A stretch of 57,072 bases of DNA from positions 1 through 57,072 of the forward strand of contig JACQCF010000022.1 in assembly GCA_016201795.1 (NCBI GenBank). Direction: 5' to 3'. Under the pieces are notes generated by a model that worked only from the letters and a program-made list of their open reading frames with translations, was not told the DNA's origin and searched no databases. The position numbers and the translations under genes were made by a program. How positions within the stretch are numbered: the stretch's first letter is position 1; each line of letters starts with the position of its first letter. The stretch is from Candidatus Omnitrophota bacterium. Lineage in GTDB: Bacteria > Omnitrophota > Gorgyraeia > Zapsychrales > Fredricksoniimonadaceae. Of the stretch, positions 9,201 to 17,653 are shown piece by piece.

Positions 9201-9279
9201 TAGCGGGTGGCCGAAGGAGGGGCATCCCCATCGCCCGCAAGAATGAGGACGATGGGGATACCTGAGGACAGGACCCGTA
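9201..9279. repeat. Structured intergenic element between pyrK and pyrD
   Basis: Inner 10-bp stem atccccatcg/cgatggggat, outer gcgggt/acccgt pairing. Confidence 0.6.
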
Positions 9280-9291
9280 TTAGCGGAATAT

Positions 9292-10197
9292 ATGAACATC
9301 TCTGTAAAAATAGCTAACATAACTTTTAAAAATCCTGTGACCGTGGCGTCAGGTACGTTTGGCCACGCCGAGAAATATTATAACCTCGAGGAGGTCAAAA
9401 AACTTGGGAGTATTATCCCTAAGACGGTGACCTTTCACGCGCAGGCGGGTAATCCGCCGGTGCGTATTTGGGAGACGCCCTCGGGCATGATCAATGCGAT
9501 CGGTATCGAAAACTCCGGTATCGACGGCTTTATTCAAACCAAATTACCTAATTTCAAAAAAATCGGTGTGCCTTTGATCATCAGCATCCTCGGGCATGAT
9601 GAAGAACAGTTTGTGGGCATCATCGAGAAATTAAATCAGCAAGAGGGCATTGCAGCGGTGGAGCTCAATCTTTCGTGTCCGAATCTGAAACATAAAACCT
9701 TGGTCGCCCAGGATCCGCAGGCCACCGCACAGTTGGTCAAGAAGGTAAAATCGTTATCCAAGTTTCCCGTGATTGCCAAATTGTCACCGAATGTGACGGA
9801 TATCGGCGAAATTGCCGTGGCTGCCGAAGCCGGCGGGGCAGATGGCTTAAGCCTCATCAATACTTTTACCGCGATGGCCGTCGATATTGAAACGCGTAAG
9901 AGCCGCATTGGCAATTTCACCGGAGGACTTTCCGGCCCGGCGATACGTCCGATGGCGGTGGCCATGGTGCATCAAGTTTATCAAGCAGTTAAAATTCCCA
10001 TTATCGGCATGGGAGGCATCGCCACGGCGCAGGACGCACTGGAGTTTATCATCGCCGGGGCCACCATGGTGGCGGTGGGAACCATGAATTTCGTCAATCC
10101 CCGCGCGCCGCTGGAAGTACTCGAGGGGGTCGTCAGTTATATGAAAGAGCATAAGATCACAGATATCCAGGAATTGATAGGATCACTCAAACAATGA
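9292..10197 (+). CDS. pyrD: Dihydroorotate dehydrogenase B catalytic subunit
   Basis: ASGTFG, NAIGIEN, ELNLSCPN, KLSPN, GGLSGPAIRP. Confidence 0.96.
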   Translation: MNISVKIANITFKNPVTVASGTFGHAEKYYNLEEVKKLGSIIPKTVTFHAQAGNPPVRIWETPSGMINAIGIENSGIDGFIQTKLPNFKKIGVPLIISILGHDEEQFVGIIEKLNQQEGIAAVELNLSCPNLKHKTLVAQDPQATAQLVKKVKSLSKFPVIAKLSPNVTDIGEIAVAAEAGGADGLSLINTFTAMAVDIETRKSRIGNFTGGLSGPAIRPMAVAMVHQVYQAVKIPIIGMGGIATAQDALEFIIAGATMVAVGTMNFVNPRAPLEVLEGVVSYMKEHKITDIQELIGSLKQ

Positions 10198-10943
10198 AAA
10201 AACCCGAACTGATTGTTGCGCTTGATGTGGGTAGCGGAAAAGAAGCTATTCAGCTAGTGGAATTATTGAAGAATGAAGTAGATATTTTTAAGGTGGGAGG
10301 ACAACTATTTTCAATAGAAGGCCCCCATATTATTCGCGATATTCAAGCACGAGGTAAAAGAGTTTTTTTAGATTTAAAATTCCATGATATCCCGAACACA
10401 GTATCTTATTCAACTATGGGAGCAATTGTAAGTACTAGTAGTACTACAATAAATTTTACTACTCAGTTCCCCCCAAAGAACCCAAGCCTAGATATCCCAG
10501 GTTTATTTATGTTTACTGTACATACTCAAGGTGGGGAGGGAATGCTTAAGGCCGCTGTTGAGGCAAGTAGGAAAACCGCCAAAAAACTTAATATTGTCCC
10601 GCCACTTGTTGTTGGAGTAACAGTATTGACGAGCGAAAATGAACCCAATGTAATTAATACAGTATTGACAAAAGCTAAATTGGCCAAGAAATCCGGTCTT
10701 GATGGAGTTGTTGTCTCAGTTCAAGAAGTAAGAGCTATCCGCGATGAGCTTGGAGATGAATTTGTGATTGTGACTCCAGGGATAAGACCGCTCGGTGAAT
10801 CAGCTGGAGATCAAAAGCGAATTGCAACACCTGCCGAGGCGATTGCCGCGGGTAGCAATTATCTCGTGGTTGGCCGGCCTATTGTCCAGGCGACAAATCC
10901 TTATAAGGCCGCCAAAGAAATACTCAAAGAGATGGAAAGTTAA
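10194..10943 (+). CDS. pyrF: Orotidine-5'-phosphate decarboxylase
   Basis: VALD, KVG, DLKFHDIPNT, VTPGIR, DQKR, VVGRPI; carries a ~20-aa insertion. Confidence 0.93.
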   Translation: MKKPELIVALDVGSGKEAIQLVELLKNEVDIFKVGGQLFSIEGPHIIRDIQARGKRVFLDLKFHDIPNTVSYSTMGAIVSTSSTTINFTTQFPPKNPSLDIPGLFMFTVHTQGGEGMLKAAVEASRKTAKKLNIVPPLVVGVTVLTSENEPNVINTVLTKAKLAKKSGLDGVVVSVQEVRAIRDELGDEFVIVTPGIRPLGESAGDQKRIATPAEAIAAGSNYLVVGRPIVQATNPYKAAKEILKEMES

Positions 10944-10947
10944 TATT

Positions 10948-11022
10948 GGGCAAGTAGCTCAGCTTGGTTAGAGCATTTGATTTACATTCAAAAGGTCGAA
11001 GGTTCAAGTCCTTCCTTGCCCA
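10948..11022 (+). tRNA. tRNA-Val(TAC)
   Basis: Acceptor GGGCAAG/CTTGCCC, anticodon arm TTTGA-TTTACAT-TCAAA, T arm GAAGG-TTCAAGT-CCTTC. Confidence 0.95.
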
Positions 11023-11064
11023 TTCTGCTTTGCTCCAAAACTTTCGTTTAGGAGCTTCGCAGAA
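11023..11064. repeat. Post-tRNA hairpin
   Basis: ttctgc/gcagaa and gctcc/ggagc stems separated by a small internal loop. Confidence 0.55.
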
Positions 11065-11140
11065 CAAGTTTTCCCTACCGGAGAGAGAGTTTTTTCTTTA
11101 CAAAATCTTTGAGGCTAAGTAAACTAACGTCTCATTAATG

Positions 11141-11215
11141 GGGGTCGTGGTGTAGCCTGGTTAACATGTCAGCTTGTCAAGCTGAAGATCGCGAGTTCAA
11201 ATCTCGTCGGCCCCG
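11141..11215 (+). tRNA. tRNA-Asp(GTC)
   Basis: Acceptor GGGGTCG/CGGCCCC, anticodon arm TCAGC-TTGTCAA-GCTGA, T arm GCGAG-TTCAAAT-CTCGT. Confidence 0.95.
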
Positions 11216-11231
11216 TTTAGATTTTCGACAC

Positions 11232-12950
11232 TTATGGAACATAAGTGTCAGAAAATCTTAATCCCGAGTCATGCTCAGGATTTTTTGTGACGAGGGACCT
11301 TTTAAAAATAATCACCCCATGATTATTCGCCCAGCCGGGTTCGGCTTGCCAGTTACCCCCGTAATGATAGATGGGTCTGAAATTCTGCAGGATGTACTGA
11401 TAGAGGAGCGGGCAATAGGTTTTGCCGAAAACTCCTAAGCCGATTTCGTGGGAAGCGATGCGGTTGGAAACCAAAATATAATTGACCTTGTTTTTCTCAA
11501 GTTCTCGAATAACGGAGATTTCCTGCTGGGGCGGAATTTTGATGTGATCAAAAAAGATGAGCTGCCTGGTAGGGCTGGGGCGTGCGGTGAGGTAATAATA
11601 CAGGCAGTCATAGGGCAGGGCAAAAAAGAGCTCATCTTTTTGAAGGTTTTGGTTCAAGTAGGCCGTCACGGTATTGACGGTGTTCACCCATGCTTTTTCG
11701 TTGCCCACATAAATTTGTCCGCGGGGCATGTTAAGGAATTTATCAGGAGTACAAGAATTTTTAAGGACGACAAATGCGATGATGGTCCAGATCGTCAAGA
11801 GTCCAATCCAAATGCCGCCAATCGTGTAACGCAGCCATCGAGGCGCAAAGGCCACGGCTGTTGAAATCATCAAGAAACTAAAAAATAAACCAAACGGCAT
11901 AGACCAAAATGTGCGGTACCAAACTCCGCTCACGACAAATTCGTGGAAGTTAAGCACAAAAAAAGACCATAGGATCATCTGCGCCAGCCAAAACTTTCGA
12001 CGGTGTTCATTAAATTTTTTCGAAAAAGAAAGAACGAATCCAGCCACCGTGGAGCCGTGAATGATCGGATGAGTCAGGAAATTTAAAATCACCACCACGC
12101 TTATCCATAAGACCAAAGGGTTAAGGAAAACCGATGGCCGTCTTAAAAGCGGAGGTATTAAATTTTTAAGATTAAGCCAGTGATGATCAAACGTCAGCCA
12201 GTGCTGCATGAGATAATAGGGAATGGTTTCCCAGGGGGTTCTGTGATGCGGCTGATCGTCGCCGAAATAGGCCAGACACTGGTGAACTTCATAGCTGGTT
12301 AAATCTTTAAGTAAAAAGCCATAAAGGGCAAGCCACAGCACGGGCACCATCAGGATGCCGCAGACATAAAAAGATTTTTTTTTGGTCATATCACTGGTGG
12401 CAATGCCCAAAAGAGTGACCATTAAAGCGGTAATACCGAAATTAATTTTAATAAGCCCGATGATAAAACAGCAGGCCAATGCCCAAAATCCCAGCCGCAA
12501 TTTTTTTTCGTCGATATACCTTAAGAGAAGCCAGAAAACCGCCAGGGTCAGGGTGAGTGCGCCGATATGATTGTAGGTGAAGAAGAAGTCCTGCTGCGTC
12601 TGCAAAAAGTAATAGGAAGCTAAAAACGCCCAGGACGCAGGCATGAGGACACCAGCGGCCAAATAAAAGAAGACACCGCCGAGAATATTAAGGATGAATT
12701 TTCCCAGCAAGATGCTGGTGATTTTAAAGCCGAAGATCAAATAAAACAGGCCGTAATAATACGGCATCAGCGGCCCATAGACCCACCAGATATCTTTGTA
12801 AATAAGTTTGCCGTGCAAGACCTGTTCAAACGTGTAAAGATCGCGGCCGTGATCACCCTGGGCAAGATTGTCCTGGAAGCCCAGATGCGGTCCGCCGAAG
12901 AGGATGGCGGCAAAAACAGTTAGCAGGAGAAAGGTTTTTTTAGAAGACAT
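11232..12950 (-). CDS. Polytopic membrane glycosyltransferase (GT-C, ArnT/PMT-like)
   Basis: More than 10 hydrophobic segments; first loop DHGRDLY...G.LIYKDIWWVYGPL typical of GT-C membrane transferases; soluble C-terminal domain. Confidence 0.7.
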   Translation of the reverse strand: MSSKKTFLLLTVFAAILFGGPHLGFQDNLAQGDHGRDLYTFEQVLHGKLIYKDIWWVYGPLMPYYYGLFYLIFGFKITSILLGKFILNILGGVFFYLAAGVLMPASWAFLASYYFLQTQQDFFFTYNHIGALTLTLAVFWLLLRYIDEKKLRLGFWALACCFIIGLIKINFGITALMVTLLGIATSDMTKKKSFYVCGILMVPVLWLALYGFLLKDLTSYEVHQCLAYFGDDQPHHRTPWETIPYYLMQHWLTFDHHWLNLKNLIPPLLRRPSVFLNPLVLWISVVVILNFLTHPIIHGSTVAGFVLSFSKKFNEHRRKFWLAQMILWSFFVLNFHEFVVSGVWYRTFWSMPFGLFFSFLMISTAVAFAPRWLRYTIGGIWIGLLTIWTIIAFVVLKNSCTPDKFLNMPRGQIYVGNEKAWVNTVNTVTAYLNQNLQKDELFFALPYDCLYYYLTARPSPTRQLIFFDHIKIPPQQEISVIRELEKNKVNYILVSNRIASHEIGLGVFGKTYCPLLYQYILQNFRPIYHYGGNWQAEPGWANNHGVIIFKRSLVTKNPEHDSGLRFSDTYVP

Positions 12951-13077
12951 CTGCTGCCTCGGTCATTTTCGACAATAGCATTGATTGCGACATAGTGCTA
13001 CATAATTTTGGGGATTTGTTTTATAATGAGCCCATGTTTTGGGTATTTGCTTTTATTTTTTTACATAGGAGTAAGAT

Positions 13078-13398
13078 ATGGCCACCATCGAAGACTTTAA
13101 GAAATTGGAATTGATTGTCGCGCAGGTTAAAGAAGTTAAAGAACATCCCAACGCGGACCGTTTATACGTGCTTAAGGTCGATACCGGCAAAGAAGAGCGT
13201 CAAGTCGTCGCTGGTATTCGTAAGGCTTACGCACCCGAGCAATTAGTGGGACGGCGCGTTGTCTTGGTAGCTAACATGGAACCTATGGTCATTCGAGGGG
13301 AAACGTCCAATGGGATGTTGTTGGCGGCCTCCGATGCCAACGGCATGGCCTTGCTGATGCCGGATAAGGACGTGGCCTTGGGTACTATGGTCAAATGA
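13078..13398 (+). CDS. Stand-alone tRNA-binding OB-fold protein (MetRS C-terminal / Trbp111 / CsaA family)
   Basis: IEDFKKLELIVAQV...HPNADRLY.LKVDTG...RQVVAGI...N..P..IRG..SNGMLLAA. Confidence 0.9.
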   Translation: MATIEDFKKLELIVAQVKEVKEHPNADRLYVLKVDTGKEERQVVAGIRKAYAPEQLVGRRVVLVANMEPMVIRGETSNGMLLAASDANGMALLMPDKDVALGTMVK

Positions 13399-13877
13399 TG
13401 ATAAACCAATTGAAACAATTCGTTCCCTCCAGTGTCTGTCTTCAATGCGACGGATGTTGCCGTGTTGAGCTGGCTGACTCCCCCTGGCGTCCGAAAGTCG
13501 GACAACAGGAAATACAAGATGGTGTAGATCAAGCAGGCTATGTGAAAACGATCCCCCAAGGCGATCGCCATCAATGCGTGTTCTTTAATAAGACGGACAA
13601 CACCTGCGGTATTTATGGCCAAAGGCCTTTTGAATGCGCTCTTTATCCGTTTGTGCTCTCCAACAGTTCCCGCGGTCTTGAGATGTACATGCATTTGGCC
13701 TGTCCTTATGTGCAACAGCATCAGTTAAGCCAAGAGCTTCAAGAGCACGCCGCCTATTTGAAAGAATTTTTCAGCCGGCCTGAAACAAAAGCCTATTTGA
13801 AAAATAATAATCGTCTTTTGCACGATTATACGTCCCACAACCAAGAGCTACAGTTTTTATTTACCGTCGAGGTCTAA
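13395..13877 (+). CDS. YkgJ-family (CxxCxxCC) cysteine cluster protein
   Basis: CLQCDGCC and C.F.....C.IY..RP..C..YPF. Confidence 0.85.
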   Translation: MMINQLKQFVPSSVCLQCDGCCRVELADSPWRPKVGQQEIQDGVDQAGYVKTIPQGDRHQCVFFNKTDNTCGIYGQRPFECALYPFVLSNSSRGLEMYMHLACPYVQQHQLSQELQEHAAYLKEFFSRPETKAYLKNNNRLLHDYTSHNQELQFLFTVEV

Positions 13878-13880
13878 GCA

Positions 13881-14804
13881 GTGAGAAAGCCCGATGCTTT
13901 GCTGGCCCAGAAGTCTCTTTTTGAAAAATACCTCAATTGTCAAACGCATCAGTTGTCCGCGTTTCATTTTTCTTCCATTTTTCTCTGGCAGGACTTTTTT
14001 GATTTCGAGTTTGAGACTGTTCAAGAGTCTCTGTGCGTTTACGCGCATCAAAAGGACGGATGCTTTTTATATTTGCCGCCGTTAGCCCCGCCAGAGGCGG
14101 GGTTAGCCAAGTTATGGCAACACTCGGTGGTGGAGGATTGTTTTTCCAAAATGAATAAAATCAATCCTCAAGTAGCACGTATTGAAAATATCGAGCAGCG
14201 CCAGTCGGATCTTCTCGATGGTAAATTTAAAACCTATCCCAAAACGCAGGAATATGTGTATCGCAAAGAGGATTTGATTGATCTTAAAGGCCACGCGTAT
14301 AAAAGCCAGAGGCATGATATTCATCATTTTCAATTACAACATCAGGTTTTGTTTCGCCCTTACGAGCCTGGGGATTTCAAAACGTGTTTGGACCTTTATG
14401 AGCGTTGGGCCCAAAGGCGCCATGACAAGCATGATGATCCTATTTATCGCCATATGCTCGAGGAAAACAGACTCGTGCATGAGCTGGCACTTACTTACCG
14501 TGAGGCACTGGGATTGGTGGGATATGTGGTTGAGGCCCACCAAAAGATCGTTGCATATTCTTTCGGATATTCATTGAATTCGCAGACTTTTTGCGTATTA
14601 TTAGAGATAACGGATGTGGCGCTTACAGGTTTAAGTGCTTTTATTTTCAATCATTTTTGTGCAGAGGAGACTTTAAGGCCGTATACATTCATTAACACGA
14701 TGGATGATTTTGGGTTGCCTTATGTGGCCGCTTCCAAGCAGGCGTATCATCCAGTCCAAAAGCCTGTTTCGTATACCATAACTCAAGAGCTTCTTCTTCA
14801 ATGA
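13881..14804 (+). CDS. DUF2156 / MprF-C-terminal-like GNAT-fold protein
   Basis: EYVYRKEDLIDLKGHAYKSQR and INTMDDFGLP..AASKQAYHP resemble DUF2156 motifs (YxYxxxxLxxLxGxxYxxKR; NxxxDxGxxxLxxxKxSYxP). Confidence 0.8.
   Translation: MRKPDALLAQKSLFEKYLNCQTHQLSAFHFSSIFLWQDFFDFEFETVQESLCVYAHQKDGCFLYLPPLAPPEAGLAKLWQHSVVEDCFSKMNKINPQVARIENIEQRQSDLLDGKFKTYPKTQEYVYRKEDLIDLKGHAYKSQRHDIHHFQLQHQVLFRPYEPGDFKTCLDLYERWAQRRHDKHDDPIYRHMLEENRLVHELALTYREALGLVGYVVEAHQKIVAYSFGYSLNSQTFCVLLEITDVALTGLSAFIFNHFCAEETLRPYTFINTMDDFGLPYVAASKQAYHPVQKPVSYTITQELLLQ
14081..14108. repeat. Micro-palindrome flanked by 7-bp direct repeats inside the DUF2156 gene
   Basis: gttagcc-ccgccagaggcggg-gttagcc, period 21 nt, in frame (LAPPEAGLA). 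Confidence 0.8.
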
Positions 14805-15421
14805 AGATCAAAAATACAGAGTTTGTTATCTTTGACGTTGAGACCACCGGCTTATCGGCGCAGGACGGCGACCGCATCATTGAAATTGCCGCTATGAAAA
14901 TCAAAAACGGGAGGGTGGTGGACAAATTTTATTCGCTGGTCAACCCCCAACGTGCCCTGCCGGCGCAAGCCACCCGTGTGAATAATATTACTGAAGAGAT
15001 GATTGCTCCGGCGCCGACGGCGCAAGAGATTTTACCTCAGATGGTGTCTTTTATCTCTGGGGCTTGTGTAGCCGGGCACAATGTGCGTTTTGACCTCGGG
15101 TTTTTATGCTATGAACTGGCTTTGATGGGCCGCCGGCTCAATGATGGAACACCGGCGGTCGACACACTTAAGATGGCCAAGGATCTTTTGCCGTATTTAA
15201 GCAATTATAAACTCAGTTATTTGGCTCGTTCGCTGGGGGTGGCTGTCAGCAAAACTCATCGGGCCATGGCGGATGTGGAGTTGACGGTGCAGGTGCTGAT
15301 GCGCATGATTGAAATGGCCGCCGATCAAAATTTGGATGATGTCTCTAAGTTTCTTGCCCAATTTAGCGTCGATAAACCTTCCTTTAAATTAGTCTCTTCG
15401 GCACAGCCTTCGTTTTTCTAA
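14801..15421 (+). CDS. DnaQ-like DEDDh 3'-5' exonuclease
   Basis: FDVETTG, GHNVRFD, HRAMADV. Confidence 0.9.
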   Translation: MKIKNTEFVIFDVETTGLSAQDGDRIIEIAAMKIKNGRVVDKFYSLVNPQRALPAQATRVNNITEEMIAPAPTAQEILPQMVSFISGACVAGHNVRFDLGFLCYELALMGRRLNDGTPAVDTLKMAKDLLPYLSNYKLSYLARSLGVAVSKTHRAMADVELTVQVLMRMIEMAADQNLDDVSKFLAQFSVDKPSFKLVSSAQPSFF

Positions 15422-15428
15422 TGAGTAG

Positions 15429-15469
15429 CCCTCCCGCCATGGCGGGATCGGGCGAATTAATCCCGAGGG
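15429..15469. repeat. Nested palindromes in the intergenic gap
   Basis: Perfect 16-bp tcccgccatggcggga (15432-15447) interrupts the left arm of a ccctcggg/cccgaggg hairpin. Confidence 0.75.
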
Positions 15470-15510
15470 GTATGTTATAATAACATAGTAGTTTCCGAGG
15501 GATTACCATC

Positions 15511-16815
15511 ATGAATATTTTGACACATACCATATCTTTTAGCGACGATCCCATGAGTCTTTTGGATATTTTTAAAGACGAGCCACATGTTTTTTTCTTG
15601 GACAGCAGTTTGTCTGACACTTGCGACGGGCGTTTTTCGTACTTTGGCTTTGCGCCTTTTGAGACGATCAAGGCCCAAAATTTCGGCCAGCTAAGAAAAG
15701 CTCTGAAGCCTTACCAGGGGCTTAAAAGTCCGTTGTCTTTTCCCGCCGGAGCGGTGGGCTATATCAGCTATGACGGGGCTTTATGGTTCGGTCTCTACGA
15801 GGGCCTTTTGTGCGTGGATCATCACAAACAGACATTAACGATCACTTCAACCGGTTTGCCTTACCGCAACTTGCAACGTCAAAAACAAGCGGCCCGTCAG
15901 AAAATAGATTACATTCTCTATAAATTGCAAAATCGTCGTGAGGGCCTTGGCCGATTAAAACCTTTGCATCAAAAACTGGTCATTAAAAGTAACACCACTC
16001 TTGGGCAGTATGTGGCTTCTGTTAAGAGGGTTTTAAAGCATATTCACGACGGGGATATTTATCAGATCAATTTATCGCATCGGCTTGAAGCCGCCATCAG
16101 GAATTGGCGGCAGTATGTGCATCCGGCCGGGGTGTACCAGCACCTGCGCCGTCTGTCCCCATCGCCCTTGAGTGCTTATTTGGATGATGGACAAACGGTT
16201 ATTTTAAGTTCTTCGCCGGAGCGATTCTTAAAATTAAGGGACGGTGTGGCCCAGGTACGGCCGATGAAGGGGACCAGGCCCCGGGGCAAGGCACCGCGGG
16301 AAGATCAACGAAACAGGCAGGAGCTCATGGATAGCGCCAAAGAAAAGGCTGAACTTTTAATGGTCACTGATTTGGAGCGCAATGATTTAGGCCGGGTCTG
16401 TGGTTATGGCAGTGTCAGGGTCAAGGCCATGCGGACTATAGAAGAGTATACCACTGTGTTTCAGGCCACATCGACGGTGGAAGGCCTCTTGCGCAAAGAT
16501 TGCGATCAGTTTGATTTATTAGAAAGCACATTCCCCAGCGGCTCGGTCACCGGTTGTCCCAAGATAGAAGCCATGAAGATCATCCGCCGTCTGGAAAAAG
16601 CTCCCCGCGGTTTGTACACAGGTGCTTTAGGTTATATCAGCTTCGGCGGGGATATGGATTTTAATGTGCTCATACGCACGTTATTTTTAGAGAAAGATAA
16701 AATTTTTTTTTACGTCGGAAGCGGTATCGTGGCTGATTCGAATCCGCAGGATGAATATGAAGAGACCTTAATTAAGGCCGAAGCTATGATTAAGGCTCTT
16801 AAAATGTCATTGTGA
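15511..16815 (+). CDS. pabB: Aminodeoxychorismate synthase component I
   Basis: GDIYQINLS, SSSPERFL, PMKGTRPRG, ELLMVTDLERND, FPSGSVTGCPK; adjacent to a class IV aminotransferase (trpE-like alternative not excluded). Confidence 0.85.
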   Translation: MNILTHTISFSDDPMSLLDIFKDEPHVFFLDSSLSDTCDGRFSYFGFAPFETIKAQNFGQLRKALKPYQGLKSPLSFPAGAVGYISYDGALWFGLYEGLLCVDHHKQTLTITSTGLPYRNLQRQKQAARQKIDYILYKLQNRREGLGRLKPLHQKLVIKSNTTLGQYVASVKRVLKHIHDGDIYQINLSHRLEAAIRNWRQYVHPAGVYQHLRRLSPSPLSAYLDDGQTVILSSSPERFLKLRDGVAQVRPMKGTRPRGKAPREDQRNRQELMDSAKEKAELLMVTDLERNDLGRVCGYGSVRVKAMRTIEEYTTVFQATSTVEGLLRKDCDQFDLLESTFPSGSVTGCPKIEAMKIIRRLEKAPRGLYTGALGYISFGGDMDFNVLIRTLFLEKDKIFFYVGSGIVADSNPQDEYEETLIKAEAMIKALKMSL

Positions 16816-17585
16816 GTCTGCCTCCGACAGGGAATGTTTTTATGACGAAGCAATCTCCCGTTGTTTTTCTCGATGATCATTTTATTAAACCCGATGATGA
16901 TGTGCTGGCGTCGTTAACGCCGGGGCATCGCCGGCTGCACGGTGTTTTTGAGACCATGAAGTTCGAGGGGGGACGAATTCTTTTTCTTAAGGAGCATTTA
17001 ACGCGGCTTTTTAAGGGTCTTAAGGCGCTTCAACTCTCCCGTACCCCATCGGTGGCAAGAATATCTCGTATCATTCGTTTGAGTAATGGCCGCCACCGTT
17101 TTGTCCGCGCGCGCTTGCGTCTTATGGTTTGGCAAGAAAAGAAGTATATGCATTGGGCGCTGGTGACGAGGCCCTATGAGCTACCCAAGAAGAAAGTTTT
17201 CCGCGTCACTTTCATCAAAACTCAGAGGCTAGCCTCAGCACGTTTAGCTAATGTGAAATCTTTGGACTATGGACTTTTTGCCAGAGCTTTTCAGCAGGCT
17301 CAAAGACAAGGCTTTGATGAAGCCCTGCTGATCAATGCTCGAGGTTATATTTTTGAAGCCAGCCGCGCCAATATTTTCTGGGTTAAAAAAGGAAGGCTTT
17401 ACACACCGCCTTTATCCTCGGGATGTCTGAACGGCATTATGCGTCAGCAGGTGATGAAGTATGCCCGTCAATTAAAAATTCCTTTTGAGCAAAAGAATTT
17501 AACCATCAAGGCCTTTCAAGAAGCGGACACGGTTTTTTTAACCAATTCCCTCATCGGCATTAAACCTGTGAAATCCCGCATTTAG
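16812..17585 (+). CDS. pabC: Class IV aminotransferase, probable 4-amino-4-deoxychorismate lyase
   Basis: GVFETM, HLTRL, KSLDY, EASRANIF, L.GIMR, TNSL; start may be the downstream MTKQ ATG. Confidence 0.75.
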   Translation: MSLPPTGNVFMTKQSPVVFLDDHFIKPDDDVLASLTPGHRRLHGVFETMKFEGGRILFLKEHLTRLFKGLKALQLSRTPSVARISRIIRLSNGRHRFVRARLRLMVWQEKKYMHWALVTRPYELPKKKVFRVTFIKTQRLASARLANVKSLDYGLFARAFQQAQRQGFDEALLINARGYIFEASRANIFWVKKGRLYTPPLSSGCLNGIMRQQVMKYARQLKIPFEQKNLTIKAFQEADTVFLTNSLIGIKPVKSRI

Positions 17586-17653
17586 AATTTCACTCTAAAA
17601 TCCTCGATTGACTCCTTGCTGTTGAATTAACTTCTCGGTATAATATTTGACAT

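Noticed and set aside
10948-11231. tRNA pair as an integration site for a genomic island
   Set aside because: No integrase and no duplicated tRNA 3' end found in the window
13078-13398. Calling this gene metG
   Set aside because: Only the 106-aa OB-fold is present; no HIGH/KMSKS catalytic domain
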